From the NCBI GenBank assembly GCA_902799665.1, contig CADCBK010000003.1, positions 7,566-71,565 on the forward strand: a DNA stretch of 64,000 bases, read 5' to 3'. The position numbers and the translations under genes are program-made. The stretch comes from an uncultured Spirochaetaceae bacterium (GTDB lineage Bacteria; Spirochaetota; Spirochaetia; Treponematales; Treponemataceae). Below the pieces are notes generated by a model. It saw only the letters and a program-made list of their open reading frames with translations. It was not told the DNA's origin and ran no database searches. Positions 10,097 to 21,259 of the stretch are shown here, piece by piece. Position 1 is the first letter of the stretch; every line of letters starts with the position of its first letter.

Positions 10097-12169
10097 TCAA
10101 ACTGTAAAATTGTCGATTTCCTTTCCAATCTTGTAGATTGATTCCTTAAGGTTTCCTGCGACGTCGTTCAAGGCCGCGCCAGTCTCGTTGATCTTTTCGG
10201 CGCCTTGAGCCATCTCTTCCATGCTGCCCTTCATTGCAAGAGTGGCGTCCTGCAAGAGGCGGACTTCGTTAAGAATCAACTTGTTGCCTTCGGTCATTTC
10301 CTCGCTGGCGTTGCGGACTTCGATAGAGCCGTCGTTCATGCTCTTAAGGGCTTCGCTGATTTGGCGGCTTCCCTCAGTCTGCTCTTCCATGGCGGTTCTA
10401 ATTTGCATTACAAGCTGGTCGGTGTCGCGAATCTTGTCGGCGACGACGGTGAGCGCCTGGGCCGACTCGTCCGATGCGGTGACGACGTTGCTGATCGATT
10501 CCTTGATTTTCGCCAACTGCTCGCCGATAGTCTTTGACTGGCCGGTTGATGTTTCTGAAAGCTTTCTGATTTCGTCGGCTACAACGCTAAAGCCCTTTCC
10601 GGCGTCGCCAGCGTGGGCGGCCTCGATCGCCGCGTTCATGGCCAAGAGGTTGGTTTGCGCCGCGATGTTCGCGATGGCTTGGTTGGCGTCCTCAAGCATG
10701 GCGGACTGTGTTTCAATCTGCTGAATCTTTTCGTTGACGTCCTGCTGCTTCTTAAAGCCGATGTCGGCGTTTTGGTTAAGCTCTTCAAAAGAGTTGGCCA
10801 TTTTTTCGACGCTCTGGTTGACCGAAGAAATGTTTCCAATCATTTCTTCGACGGCGGCGGAGGCTTGGGTGATTCCTGAAGCCTGGCCTTCAATCATTTT
10901 GTTCAATGAATCGATGTTTGAAGAAATCTGGTTGACGGCGCCGGCGGTTTGGTTTACGCTCTGGCCTTGAGTTTCGATTTGCTGGTGGATTGAGTCGATG
11001 TTGGCGATGATTTCCGTAATCGCGCTGGCCGTGTCTTGGCTGATGGCGCCCATGTTCTCTCCGCCAGACTCCAAATCCTTGTTTTGGTCCTTGACAATCG
11101 TGATGATGTTCTGCAAGCGCTCGATGAACTTGTTGAAGCCGCCGACAACTTCGCCGACTTCGTCCTTGGACTTGGACTCAATGCGCTGGGTAAGGTCGGC
11201 GTCTCCGCTTGAAATTTTAAGCAAGCTGTCGCGGACTGCCAAAACCGGCTTTACAACGACGAATCTAACGACGATTGACGTCAAGATTGAGATGACGACC
11301 AAAAGGAGGAGTATTGACGGAACGACCATCTTTAGCGTCTGTATTGTGGCCTCGGTGATTACATGCAGTTTTTGGGCCATAAAGAGCATTCCGACGATTT
11401 CTCCATTGGGGTTTTTGTGCGGAATGTATACCGCGCGGTAGTTCTGGCCGCCCAGCACAAGGCTAAGCCTTATGGTCTGTCCCTTTCCCAAAACTTCCGT
11501 CAAAACCCGCTTGTTGTCGATTCTTGTTCCGGTCATCGGGTTTCCCTTGCTGTCGCGAAGGGTGGTGGAAACGCGCAAGTCGCCGCGGAATACTGTACAT
11601 TCCGTTCCGTGGGCTTCCTTGACCAAGTTTACGAAATCTTCCTTTACAAAGTCATAGGCCGAAAGGACGGCGCCTACAAATTCGCCCTGGTAGCGAACCG
11701 GCGCGGCGTAGGCCAAGCCCCATGACATCCAGTCTTTTTGAATCCAAGAATAGCTGGTCGTTTCGCCGTTCATTACATTTTGGAAAGCCTGGATGTCGCT
11801 GATGTTTCCGCCCACTCCGACAGAGCCTGCGACAACATTTCCGTCGCGGTCGGCTATAAGAAGGTAGTCGGCGTCCATGCTGCCAACCTGGCCTTTGACA
11901 ACGCCTTCCAAAACCTCCAAGTCCCTGTTGGCCAAGCCGTTTGTCGTGCGGTTAAGGCCCGCGATTGTCTTGGCCTCGGCAGCCAAAGTGTCTTCCCAGT
12001 TCTTTAAGAGAACCTCTCCGCCGTGTCCGGCAACTCTGACATTGTTGTCAACTTCTTCCGCAAAATGCGCCTTGAATGTAAGAATTGAAATCGCGCAAAC
12101 TGTAATCGATGACAAAATGACCATAACGGCCACAATGAAAAAAATCTTGAGGGATAATTTAACCTTCAT
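10097..12169 (-). CDS. Methyl-accepting chemotaxis protein (Cache-HAMP-MCP)
   Basis: Two TM helices, HAMP, and [23 protein letters not shown]. Confidence 0.95.
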   Translation of the reverse strand: MKVKLSLKIFFIVAVMVILSSITVCAISILTFKAHFAEEVDNNVRVAGHGGEVLLKNWEDTLAAEAKTIAGLNRTTNGLANRDLEVLEGVVKGQVGSMDADYLLIADRDGNVVAGSVGVGGNISDIQAFQNVMNGETTSYSWIQKDWMSWGLAYAAPVRYQGEFVGAVLSAYDFVKEDFVNLVKEAHGTECTVFRGDLRVSTTLRDSKGNPMTGTRIDNKRVLTEVLGKGQTIRLSLVLGGQNYRAVYIPHKNPNGEIVGMLFMAQKLHVITEATIQTLKMVVPSILLLLVVISILTSIVVRFVVVKPVLAVRDSLLKISSGDADLTQRIESKSKDEVGEVVGGFNKFIERLQNIITIVKDQNKDLESGGENMGAISQDTASAITEIIANIDSIHQQIETQGQSVNQTAGAVNQISSNIDSLNKMIEGQASGITQASAAVEEMIGNISSVNQSVEKMANSFEELNQNADIGFKKQQDVNEKIQQIETQSAMLEDANQAIANIAAQTNLLAMNAAIEAAHAGDAGKGFSVVADEIRKLSETSTGQSKTIGEQLAKIKESISNVVTASDESAQALTVVADKIRDTDQLVMQIRTAMEEQTEGSRQISEALKSMNDGSIEVRNASEEMTEGNKLILNEVRLLQDATLAMKGSMEEMAQGAEKINETGAALNDVAGNLKESIYKIGKEIDNFTV

Positions 12170-12253
12170 GTAAACTCCTTGCTTTAAGTGCAATAATTAT
12201 ATCACGCCATTTTTCAAAAAGCAAGAAGAATTTACACTTTAAATTGGCGGGTT

Positions 12254-14347
12254 TTACACCTTGAATTGGTCGATTTGGCCGCCGATTTGGTCAATCGAAT
12301 CCTTGACATCGGCCGCGATTGTCGTGAGCGCGGAGGCCGTTTCGTTGATTTTTTCGGCTCCAATCGACATTTCCTCCATGCTGCCGTTCATCGCGCGGGT
12401 GAATTCCTGCAAGGCGGAGACTTCTCGCAAAATCATCTGGTTTCCTTCGCTCATTTCGCTGGCGGCCGTGCGGACTTCCGAGGCGCTGTTGTTCATGCTG
12501 TGGAGGGCGTCGGTGATTTGCTTTGAGCCTTCCTGCTGCTCTTCCATCGCGCTCTTGATTTGCGTGATGAGCTGGTCGGTGTCGTTGATTTGTTCCGAAA
12601 CCGAAGAGAAGGCCTGGTTTGAGTCCGCCGAGGCCTTTACGACGGCTTCTATCGATTCCTGAATCTTGTTTAGCTGCTCGCCGATTGTCTTTGACTGGGA
12701 GCCGGAAGTTTCGGAAAGCTTTCGGATTTCGTCGGCAACTACCGCAAAGCCCTTTCCCGCGTCGCCAGCGTGGGCGGCTTCGATGGCCGCGTTCATGGCC
12801 AAAAGGTTTGTCTGCTCCGCGATGGCCGAGATCGCGGCGTTGGCTTCCTGCAGCATGGCCGACTGGTTTTCTATGCTGCGGATTTGCTCGTCAACCGCCT
12901 GCTGCTTTACGATGCCGCTTTGTGTGTTTCCCTCAAGGGATTTGAAGGACGCGGCCATCTTTTCTACGGATTGGTTGACCGAGCTGATGTTTCCAATCAT
13001 TTCCTCGACCGCGGCCGAGGCTTGGGTAACGCCCGACGACTGGCCTTCTATCATTCGCTCCAGGGATTCGATGTTGGATGCGATTTGGTTTACGGCCGCG
13101 GCGGTTTGGTCTACGCTCTTGGTTTGGTTTCCGATTTGGCCGCGCATGCTTTGTATGTTGGCGATGATTTGGGTGATCGAAGCGGCGGTGTCCTGCGCGC
13201 TGTCCTGCATTGAAACTCCCGCGCCGCCGAGGTTTTTGTTGGAGTCCTTTATTTGCGCGATTATTTCATGCAGCTTTTCCATGAATTTGTTGAATTCCAC
13301 GACGACGTCGGAAACCTCGTCGTTTCCGCGCTTTTTGATGCGCTTGGTAAGGTCGGCCTCGCCGGAAGCCACGTCCTCAATCGCGGCCTTTACGGTCTTG
13401 AGCGGCTTTAGGCTGATTGACATAGCGGCGCCGACCGCGCAAAAGGCCACGGCAATCATTATAATTGAAAGAATGTAAATCGCGCGCTTCATCGTTTCGA
13501 TTTCAGAATAAAAGTCCTCGTACTGGCAGGCGCCAAAGACCGACCAATCCGTTCCTGGAATCGGGCAAAAGGCCGCGATCATTTTGTTTCCGCCGCCGGG
13601 AAGGCCAAAAACCTGGTGGCCTGTCTCGCCGTTCATCACGCGGGCCAAGACGGGCTTTACGCTTTCGTCGGCGTCGTCGTTCACGTTTTGGAAGCTGGTC
13701 ACTTGCTCAAAGTTGTTGGAGGCGATTGTGTGGCCTGTGGTTCGGCTTATTACCTGGATGTGGGTGTCCGACTCTCCGAACGAAATCGATTCGATTGTCT
13801 TGGAAAGGACGTCGCCGTAAATGTTAAGGCTTATGCAGCCGATGATTTTTTTGTTGTCGTCGTAAACCGGCGCGGCGTAAATTTGAAAAAGAACGTTGGT
13901 GATGGGGTTTACCGCGGGGTCGGTGATGGTGGTCTTTCCAACGGCGGCGTTGTCGATGTAGGCGCGCTTGAGGTTTATCGCGCGGCCGTCGGCAGTGTAG
14001 CCGTTTCCGTCCAAGTCGTAAAAGCCGATGTTTTCGTATTCGTCGCTGACTTTCGCGATTTTGGTAAGCTGGGCGCACTTTTCGCGCAGAGGAAGGCTTT
14101 CGTCCTTTAGGAAGTCCGACAAGGCCAAGGCGTTTAACATTCTGAAATTCTTTTCTTCCTGAGCCTTGATTTTTTCCGAGGCGGATTTTGCCACAGCGTT
14201 CAAGAGCGCGTCAACGGAATCGTTTGTGGATTTTGTAGAGAGGCGCATGGCGACCGTCACGATGACGATGTTGGACGCCAGGAATATTAGGGTTACAATC
14301 GCGATAAGCCTGAATTGGAGGCTTTGGAAAAATTTAGACGCTTTCAT
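12254..14347 (-). CDS. Methyl-accepting chemotaxis protein (dCache-HAMP-MCP)
   Basis: Same signalling motif; tandem paralog with a different sensor domain. Confidence 0.95.
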   Translation of the reverse strand: MKASKFFQSLQFRLIAIVTLIFLASNIVIVTVAMRLSTKSTNDSVDALLNAVAKSASEKIKAQEEKNFRMLNALALSDFLKDESLPLREKCAQLTKIAKVSDEYENIGFYDLDGNGYTADGRAINLKRAYIDNAAVGKTTITDPAVNPITNVLFQIYAAPVYDDNKKIIGCISLNIYGDVLSKTIESISFGESDTHIQVISRTTGHTIASNNFEQVTSFQNVNDDADESVKPVLARVMNGETGHQVFGLPGGGNKMIAAFCPIPGTDWSVFGACQYEDFYSEIETMKRAIYILSIIMIAVAFCAVGAAMSISLKPLKTVKAAIEDVASGEADLTKRIKKRGNDEVSDVVVEFNKFMEKLHEIIAQIKDSNKNLGGAGVSMQDSAQDTAASITQIIANIQSMRGQIGNQTKSVDQTAAAVNQIASNIESLERMIEGQSSGVTQASAAVEEMIGNISSVNQSVEKMAASFKSLEGNTQSGIVKQQAVDEQIRSIENQSAMLQEANAAISAIAEQTNLLAMNAAIEAAHAGDAGKGFAVVADEIRKLSETSGSQSKTIGEQLNKIQESIEAVVKASADSNQAFSSVSEQINDTDQLITQIKSAMEEQQEGSKQITDALHSMNNSASEVRTAASEMSEGNQMILREVSALQEFTRAMNGSMEEMSIGAEKINETASALTTIAADVKDSIDQIGGQIDQFKV

Positions 14348-14436
14348 TAGCCGCTCCTTGCAAGTAGAGTTTAGTTGAACTAATAGTTTAGCGCCGTTTT
14401 GCCGAAAAAGCAAGTCTTTTTATAGGCAGTTTTTCG

Positions 14437-15201
14437 TTAGATTCGGACCGGAATGTTTGAGAGGGCAAGTTCCCGCTTTATGGCTTGGATCGTGTATTCG
14501 CCTGAGTGAACCATCGTGGCGATCAGGGCCGCGTCGGCCTTGCCTTTTGTCAAAACGTCAGCCATATGGCCGACAGTTCCGCCGCCGCCGGAAGCGATTA
14601 CAGGAATTTTCAGGCTTTCGGCCATCATTTTTGTAAGCGTTATTTCGTAGCCGGCCTTGGTTCCGTCGGCGTCCATCGAGTTAAGGACGACTTCGCCCGC
14701 GCCCAGGCTTTCGGCTTTTTTCGCCCATTCAAGCGCGTCAAGGTCTGTCTTTACGCGGCCGCCGTTAAGGTAAACCCTGTAGCCGGACGGGCATTCACCG
14801 TCGCGCTTTGCGTCCATTCCAAGGACGATGCACTGGCTTCCAAAGACCCGCGCGCCTTGGCTTATAAGGTCTGGGTTTTTGACCGCCTGCGAGTTGAGCG
14901 AGACTTTTTCCGCTCCGGCAAGTATTGTGGAACGGATGTCTTCCATAGAACCGATTCCGCCGCCGACGCAAAAGGGAATGAAGACTTGGCTTGCCACCTT
15001 GCTTATAAGGTCCAAAATCGGCCTCTCGCCGCGCGCGCTTGCCATGATGTCGTAAAAGACCAGCTCGTCAACGCCCTGCTCGTAGTATTTTTTCGCCATC
15101 TCGACCGGGTCGCCGATGTCCAAGTTGTTCTGGAATTTTACGCCCTTTGTCGTGCGGCCGTCCTTTACGTCAAGGCAAACAATGATTCTCTTTTTTAGCA
15201 T
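14437..15201 (-). CDS. hisF: Imidazole glycerol phosphate synthase, cyclase subunit
   Basis: [32 protein letters not shown]. Confidence 0.96.
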   Translation of the reverse strand: MLKKRIIVCLDVKDGRTTKGVKFQNNLDIGDPVEMAKKYYEQGVDELVFYDIMASARGERPILDLISKVASQVFIPFCVGGGIGSMEDIRSTILAGAEKVSLNSQAVKNPDLISQGARVFGSQCIVLGMDAKRDGECPSGYRVYLNGGRVKTDLDALEWAKKAESLGAGEVVLNSMDADGTKAGYEITLTKMMAESLKIPVIASGGGGTVGHMADVLTKGKADAALIATMVHSGEYTIQAIKRELALSNIPVRI

Positions 15202-15866
15202 TGCAAGTCCCCCTCGACAAAATTCTTTATTATTTGAAGGCCGGCCTTTCCCGATTTTTCCGGGTGGAACTGGCAGGCGTAAACGTTTTCGCTTTGGATT
15301 ACCGCGGGCACCATCGTTCCGTAGTTGGCGTAGCCTTTTATTACGGAAGGGTCGTCGGGCTGAATCACGTAGGAGTGCACAAAGTAAAAGTCGCTTCCTT
15401 CGGGAACGCCTTTTAGAATCGGGCAGCTTCCGGCGTAGTGGACGTCGTTCCAGCCCATGTGCGGAACCTTGCGGGAATTGTCGTCCGGGTCAATGTCGCG
15501 CTCATGCCAAAGGCGGCTAAAGTGGCGGATTGTTCCGGGAATAAGGCCTAAGCATTGGGTGTAGCTTTGCGCTCCGTTTTCAAAAGAGCCGCCTTCCTCG
15601 CTTTTGTCAAAAATGATTTGCGCTCCGATGCAGATTCCCAGCAAGGGCTTTTTGGCCGCGGCCCATTCGCGCAAGAATGTGTCGTAGCCTGTCATCACCA
15701 ATTCGCGCATCGCGTAGGCGGCCTCTCCGTCGCCGGGAAAAATCACGCGGTCAACTTTTGCCAAGTCAGCCGGATTTTTAGAAAGAACGTATTTGGCGCC
15801 CAAAAAGTCCAAGGCGCGCTCGACGCTCTTAATGTTTCCGGCGTTGTAGTCAACGATTCCAATCAT
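15195..15866 (-). CDS. hisH: Imidazole glycerol phosphate synthase, glutaminase subunit
   Basis: DYNAGN, GICIG, VPHMGWN, YFVHSY, QFHPEKS. Confidence 0.96.
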   Translation of the reverse strand: MIGIVDYNAGNIKSVERALDFLGAKYVLSKNPADLAKVDRVIFPGDGEAAYAMRELVMTGYDTFLREWAAAKKPLLGICIGAQIIFDKSEEGGSFENGAQSYTQCLGLIPGTIRHFSRLWHERDIDPDDNSRKVPHMGWNDVHYAGSCPILKGVPEGSDFYFVHSYVIQPDDPSVIKGYANYGTMVPAVIQSENVYACQFHPEKSGKAGLQIIKNFVEGDLQC

Positions 15867-15872
15867 GGCTAT

Positions 15873-15926
15873 ATATTAGCGCGCATTGCGGAACGATTGC
15901 AAGAACGCCGCGACTTGCGCTAGAAT
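15873..15926. promoter_or_regulatory. Symmetric divergent sigma70-type promoters sharing a palindromic -35
   Basis: TTGCAA at 15897-15902 lies 18 bp from TAGAAT (+, 15921) and 18 bp from TAATAT (-, 15878-15873). Confidence 0.55.
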
Positions 15927-15932
15927 ACAGGC

Positions 15933-16673
15933 ATGGCTTTAGTTAAAAATAATTCAAGGAAAGAAAACACTCCAACTCCGCACAACGCGGCAAAGAAGGG
16001 CCAAATCGCGCCGACGGTTTTGCTGCCCGGCGACCCCCAGCGCGCCGAATGGATTGCGAAAACATTTTTGACTGGCGCAAAGCTTGTCACCGACATTCGC
16101 GGAATGAAGGGCTTTACCGGAAAAATTGACGGAAAGCCGGTCACTGTCATGGGAAGCGGAATGGGAGCCGGCTCTGCGGGCATTTACATTTACGAGCTTT
16201 ACAACTACTACGGCGTCGAGGCGGTTGTCCGAATCGGAACTTGCTGCTCATTCCAAAAGGGAACAAAGCTTGGCTCGATGATTTTCGCCATGACCGCCTC
16301 GACCGACTCGAATTACGAATACCAGTACGGCTTGCGGGGCCACCTTTCGCCCGCCGCCGACTTTGGCCTTTTGGAGGCCGCCGCGGATTACGCGCGAAAG
16401 AACAAGCTTGCCTTTGAAGCGGGCCCGGTTTTTTCAAGCGACTTTTACAGCGCCTACAACGCTTTGGGCGACCAAGTATGGAAGTCTTGGGCAAAGATGG
16501 GCTGCCTCGCGCAGGACATGGAAACTTATTGCTTGTATTCGCAGGCGGCCTTTGCCAAAAAGAAGGCGCTTTCGATTCTTACAAGCGTTTACGACAAAAA
16601 CACCGACAAGGGAATCGCAAGCGACGCAAAGGCGCTTACGCCGATGGTTCAAACCGCGCTTTCTCTTGTCTAA
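15933..16673 (+). CDS. deoD: DeoD-type purine nucleoside phosphorylase (divergent)
   Basis: TPHN, LLPGDPQRA, GSGMG, RIGTC, SSDFYS, DME. Confidence 0.8.
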   Translation: MALVKNNSRKENTPTPHNAAKKGQIAPTVLLPGDPQRAEWIAKTFLTGAKLVTDIRGMKGFTGKIDGKPVTVMGSGMGAGSAGIYIYELYNYYGVEAVVRIGTCCSFQKGTKLGSMIFAMTASTDSNYEYQYGLRGHLSPAADFGLLEAAADYARKNKLAFEAGPVFSSDFYSAYNALGDQVWKSWAKMGCLAQDMETYCLYSQAAFAKKKALSILTSVYDKNTDKGIASDAKALTPMVQTALSLV

Positions 16674-17994
16674 AGACTCTGGCAAAGCAAAAGGCCAAAA
16701 CGATTCCCGTTATGAGCCACGAGGCGGGGTAGGTGATTAAAAGCCAAAGCGTCGTGTGGAACCTGGGCGTTTGGAAGGCCGTGAAAATCCAGGCCAGACG
16801 GAGGCCGCAGGCTCCCAAAAGAACCACGATTGAAGGCTCCGTTGAGTGGCCCAAGCCGCGCATGTCGGCGGCCAGAGACGACATTATTCCGCACAAAATG
16901 TAGGGCGCGCACAAAATCCTCAAGCGCATGACGCCCTCAGAAATCGCCCGCTCGTTTGAAACGCAAAGCGCAAGGAGCGGCCTCGCGAACAAAACCGTAA
17001 GGCCGCCCAAAAAGGCGCCTGTCGCGCAAATCAAGCCCAGTCCCTGCAAGGCGCTTTTCTTTACGCGCTTAAAATTGCCCGCGCCGTAGTTTTGGCTTAC
17101 AAAGGCAAGCGCGGCCTGTTCCACCGAAATCATAGCGGTCCACGTAAAGTTTTCCAAGTTGCTCGCCGCGGCGTTTCCGGCCATGACGACGGCGCCGAAT
17201 GAGTTTATGGCGGTTTGTATCACAAGGTTTGATATTGTGAACAAGAGGTTTTGAATTACGTTTGGAACGCCTATTCGCAAGATGGCCGCGGCCGTCGCAA
17301 AGTCAAGGCGGATTTTTTTTATTTCCAGGCGGAACTCGCCATCTTCGCTTAAAAGGCAGATGACGATTAAAAGCGCGGCCAAGTATTGGCTTGCGCTTGT
17401 GGCGAGCCCTACGCCGGCCACGTCCATTTTTAGCGCGATGACAAAAATTAAATTTAGCAGGACGTTCACTATTCCGGCGGAAAGCAAAAAGTAAAGGGGC
17501 CGCTTTGTGTCTCCCTTGGCGCGGAGGATTCCCGCGCAAAAGTTGTAGACCGCGATGCCCGGAATGCAAGGAATCAAGCAGTGGACGTATCTTAACGAAA
17601 GGCCAAAAACTTCTTCCGGTATTTGCATCGCGCTCAAAATCTGCGGCATGAAAATCCAGGCGAAAATCGAAAGAGCCGCTCCAAGAACAAGAGCGAGCGC
17701 GGTTGACACATGCAGGACGGACGACACGGCGGACTTTTTCCCGGCCCCGATGAATTTTCCGGCAACGACGGTGGCGCCGCCGCCTAGGCTCATGAACATA
17801 TGGCCAAAAAGGCCCCACAAAATTCCAACGGCTCCAACGGCGGCAAGCGAGTTGTTTGAGCCAAAGCGGCCTATGACCACAATGTCCGCCGCGTTAAAAA
17901 GAATTTGCAGGACGCCCGACAGCGCGAGCGGCAAAGAAAAACGAACGAGTCCCTTGAATATGGACCCGTTCAGCATGTCAATCGAGTTGTTCAT
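16636..17994 (-). CDS. MATE-family efflux transporter
   Basis: LFNAAD, ALAAVG-like motif, GDTKRPL, SQNYGAG; multiple TM helices. Confidence 0.92.
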   Translation of the reverse strand: MNNSIDMLNGSIFKGLVRFSLPLALSGVLQILFNAADIVVIGRFGSNNSLAAVGAVGILWGLFGHMFMSLGGGATVVAGKFIGAGKKSAVSSVLHVSTALALVLGAALSIFAWIFMPQILSAMQIPEEVFGLSLRYVHCLIPCIPGIAVYNFCAGILRAKGDTKRPLYFLLSAGIVNVLLNLIFVIALKMDVAGVGLATSASQYLAALLIVICLLSEDGEFRLEIKKIRLDFATAAAILRIGVPNVIQNLLFTISNLVIQTAINSFGAVVMAGNAAASNLENFTWTAMISVEQAALAFVSQNYGAGNFKRVKKSALQGLGLICATGAFLGGLTVLFARPLLALCVSNERAISEGVMRLRILCAPYILCGIMSSLAADMRGLGHSTEPSIVVLLGACGLRLAWIFTAFQTPRFHTTLWLLITYPASWLITGIVLAFCFARVFRQEKARFEPSA

Positions 17995-18007
17995 TTTATG
18001 TTTTTGT

Positions 18008-18559
18008 TTACGCCAATTCCTTTCCGTCAGAGAACGCGTTTCCGACGCGCTTTCCAAGCTCGTAGTAGCCGTGGCCCGCGCAGTCGTAGGTTATCGGATG
18101 GTATTTTGAAAGGTCAACGTTTCCGTCCGCGCCAAGGATTTTTTCGTCGGCCACGACGTTCACGATTTGGAACAAGTATTTTTCGTCGTCAACGATTTTC
18201 AAGAGGCGGCATTCCAAGGTCAGCGGAAGCTGGTCAAAAATCGGCGCGTTGACGATCTTGCTTTTTGTGACGGTCCAGCCGGCCTTCTTTATTTTGTCGG
18301 CCTCCTTGTTGGCCGAAACGATTCCGACGTAGTCGCAGGCCTTTACGGTTTCTACGGTTCCAAAAGCGATTGTCGCCTCTTTTGTAAGCGCCAAATTTTC
18401 TGTCGTCTTGTGCTTGGACAAGCAAACCCAAACTTGGTTGTCATCGGCGATTCCGCCCCAAGCCGCGTTCATCGCGTCGGCATTTCCGTCTTTGTCGTAA
18501 GTTCCCAAAATCAAAACCGGCATCGGGAACAACATTGTCTTAGCGCCTAAATCCTTCAT
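18008..18559 (-). CDS. Flavin reductase-like (flavoredoxin family) protein
   Basis: PMPVLILGTY, AMNAAWGG, DYVGIVS, PLTLEC. Confidence 0.85.
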   Translation of the reverse strand: MKDLGAKTMLFPMPVLILGTYDKDGNADAMNAAWGGIADDNQVWVCLSKHKTTENLALTKEATIAFGTVETVKACDYVGIVSANKEADKIKKAGWTVTKSKIVNAPIFDQLPLTLECRLLKIVDDEKYLFQIVNVVADEKILGADGNVDLSKYHPITYDCAGHGYYELGKRVGNAFSDGKELA

Positions 18560-18641
18560 TGCAAACCTCCTATCAAGCCGCGCTTGCGCGAAATCCGCTC
18601 GAAACAACAATTATAGTCTTGCCATCGTCGGCACGAGCGGC

Positions 18642-19619
18642 TTATTCCTGAGCGATGACTTCATCAAAGAACTTTGAGTAGTCCGTCCGCTTGTCCTTGC
18701 TAAAGGCCATCGCCGCGCGCGGGTGCTGGTTCAAGTAGCCTGTGACCAAGTAGGGAACGTCGTAGCCCCAAACGACTCCGTCCTTCTTAAGCTGCAGCAT
18801 GTATTTTTCGATGAACTTGAGCGTTTCGTAAACCTTGTACTTGGGGTTTTTAAGGAAGGCCAAAAGGTTTTCCATAAAGCAGTTTCCGGCGCCGCGTCCC
18901 ATTCCGTTGTAAGTCGCGTCAAGCCAGTCAACGCCGTCGCCGCAAGCTTCGATTGTGTTGGCAAAGGCCAGCTGCTGGTTGTTGTGCGCGTGGATTCCAA
19001 GCTGCTTATTGTATTTGTCGGCGTATTCCTTGTAGAGCGCGCAAATGCGCTGCATCTGTTCCGGGAAAATCGAGCCGTAGCTGTCTACGATGTAAATGCA
19101 GTCCACGGGCGACTGTCCTATCATGTCCAGGGCGACCTTTATGTCGCCTTCCTGGGCGGTGCTGATCGCCATGATGTTGCAGCTTACTTCGTAGCCCTTC
19201 TTTTTCGCGTCTTCGATGATTTCCAAGGCTCCGGGAATTTGGTGGACGTAGCAAGCGACGCGGATTAGGTCCACGGGGCTTTCGCTTCTGGGGCGAATGT
19301 CTTCCTTAAAGTCGCAGCGGCCAACGTCGGCCATTACGGCAAGCTTGACCTTTTTGTCGGCGTTGTCGCCAATGACTTTAATTATGTCTTCGTCGTCGCT
19401 GAATTTCCATTTTCCGAATTTGGATTTGTCAAAAAGTTTTTTAGAGGCCTTGTATCCGACTTCCATATAGTCGACGCCGGCTTCGATGTTTGTCTTGTAA
19501 AGCTCCTTTACAAATTCGTCGGTAAAGAAAAAATCGTTTACGATTCCGCCGTCGCGCAAGGTCGCGTCAATCACTCGGATTGATTCGCGAACGCCCATCA
19601 ATGCAGATAGTTCTTTCAT
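18642..19619 (-). CDS. HMGL-like / DRE-TIM aldolase-family protein
   Basis: DATLRDGG, DSYG, HAHNN, GMGRGAGN. Confidence 0.85.
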   Translation of the reverse strand: MKELSALMGVRESIRVIDATLRDGGIVNDFFFTDEFVKELYKTNIEAGVDYMEVGYKASKKLFDKSKFGKWKFSDDEDIIKVIGDNADKKVKLAVMADVGRCDFKEDIRPRSESPVDLIRVACYVHQIPGALEIIEDAKKKGYEVSCNIMAISTAQEGDIKVALDMIGQSPVDCIYIVDSYGSIFPEQMQRICALYKEYADKYNKQLGIHAHNNQQLAFANTIEACGDGVDWLDATYNGMGRGAGNCFMENLLAFLKNPKYKVYETLKFIEKYMLQLKKDGVVWGYDVPYLVTGYLNQHPRAAMAFSKDKRTDYSKFFDEVIAQE

Positions 19620-19718
19620 AAGAATGATACTATCAAAAGAAACATTTTTATGCAAGCGGCCGCTCGTGTTTTTGTTGGCAAGACCTTAAGCGTTTTGTTC
19701 GAGCGGTTCCACCGCGTC

Positions 19719-20390
19719 CTAGTGGACGCTGCGTATATGCGCCATGTCGTTCAGCAATTCTATGCAGGGAACGGAGGCAAGGCCCGGCGTTTGGTCAAAG
19801 CGCAAGGTCGTGATTCCCGTGTGGCCAAAGTGAAATAGCGCGCATGTTTGCGGAAAGGGCATGCCCAAAATGTGGCCGATGGCGGCGGAAGAGGAGCCTC
19901 CGTGGCTAAAGAGCGCGACGGTCTTGTCCTGCTTTTTTCCTTCTACGGCGCGGTAGCCGTTGGCCGTCCGCTCAAGGCCCAAGTCCAAAAGCCACTTGTC
20001 AATGCCGTCTTCGATATTGCTTATGATTTTTGTTACGATGTTGTTCTTAAAGTAGGGGCCGTTTTTCCAGTCGGGATCGTTTAGCGGAAGGTCAAGCCGC
20101 GCCATTTCGTTGGCGCAAAACCAGGGGTGGCCGCCTTCAAAAAGGGGGGAGCCGTCCGCGCTGCCCCATTCAAGCTCGCGCATGAAGTCCAAGGTTTTTA
20201 CAGGAAGGCCCGACAGGTCTGAAAAAGCGGCGGCGGTCTCTTTGGCGCGGCCCATGGTTGACGACCAAACTTCCTCTATGCCTTCGGGCATAAGGCGCTT
20301 TGCGGCGGCCTGGGCTTGCAGCTTTCCCTTGGGCGTAAGGCAGTCTAGCTCGTAGTTTGGCTCTCCGTGACGGATGAACATGATTCTCAT
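19719..20390 (-). CDS. Histidine phosphatase family protein
   Basis: RHGE, RAKETA, SHGG. Confidence 0.88.
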   Translation of the reverse strand: MRIMFIRHGEPNYELDCLTPKGKLQAQAAAKRLMPEGIEEVWSSTMGRAKETAAAFSDLSGLPVKTLDFMRELEWGSADGSPLFEGGHPWFCANEMARLDLPLNDPDWKNGPYFKNNIVTKIISNIEDGIDKWLLDLGLERTANGYRAVEGKKQDKTVALFSHGGSSSAAIGHILGMPFPQTCALFHFGHTGITTLRFDQTPGLASVPCIELLNDMAHIRSVH

Positions 20391-20401
20391 TTTATGCCGC
20401 C

Positions 20402-21259
20402 TTAGTTTTTGGCCATTCTCTTTCTTGCCGCTCCGGCCGCGCAAAAGATTATGAAGGCCGCCAAGTCCGCCGCGACGATTGTGCTTCCTACAGGCGTTCC
20501 CGCCACGATGGAAACCAAAAGGCCCGCGAGCGAGCAGACGACGCTCAAAACGCATGAGCAAATTGTCACCGACAAAAAGCTCCTGAAAAGCCTCATCGCG
20601 CTTAGGGCTGGGAAAATAATCAGAGCGCTTATCAAAAGGCTTCCCACTAAATTCATGGCAAGGACAATTATCACCGCGATGATTACGGCCAAAAGCAAGT
20701 TGTATGCGGCGGCATTCGTGCCGGAGGCCGCGGCGAAGTCTTCGTCAAAGGTGACGGCGAAAATCTTGTTGTAAAAAAACACAAAGACGGCTACAACGAT
20801 TACGGAGAGCGCGGCGCAAAGGTAAACCTCGCCCTTTGTCAGCGTCAAAATCGACGTGCTTCCAAAAAGGGTGGAGCAAACGTCGCCGCTCAAATTGGCC
20901 GACGCGGAGAAAATGTTCATCAGCAAGTAGCCAAAGGCAAGGGCGCTTACGCTAAGCATGGCGATGGCGGCGTCTCCCTTTATGCGGGTCTTGTTTCCCG
21001 CGGCCAAAATCAAGATGGCGCTTAAAACCGTTAGCGGAAGGACAAGGAACATCGTGTTGTTGATTTTAAGAACCGTCGCTATGGAAAGCGCTCCAAAGGC
21101 CACGTGCGAAAGTCCGTCCCCGATAAAGGAAAAGCGCTTTAGAACCAGCGTCACTCCCAAAAGCGACGAGCAGAGCGAAATCAAAACGCCTACAATCAAG
21201 GCGTAGCGCACAAAGGGGAAAGCGAAGTAAGTTGAAAATTGCTCCAGCAGTTCCGTCAT
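20402..21259 (-). CDS. Zn/Mn ABC transporter permease (ZnuB-like)
   Basis: GDGLSHVAFG, LFGS, TFDEDFA. Confidence 0.9.
   Translation of the reverse strand: MTELLEQFSTYFAFPFVRYALIVGVLISLCSSLLGVTLVLKRFSFIGDGLSHVAFGALSIATVLKINNTMFLVLPLTVLSAILILAAGNKTRIKGDAAIAMLSVSALAFGYLLMNIFSASANLSGDVCSTLFGSTSILTLTKGEVYLCAALSVIVVAVFVFFYNKIFAVTFDEDFAAASGTNAAAYNLLLAVIIAVIIVLAMNLVGSLLISALIIFPALSAMRLFRSFLSVTICSCVLSVVCSLAGLLVSIVAGTPVGSTIVAADLAAFIIFCAAGAARKRMAKN

Noticed and set aside
10097-14347. DNA similarity between the two MCP genes as a mobile repeat
   Set aside because: It is explained by the conserved MCP signalling domain in tandem paralogs.
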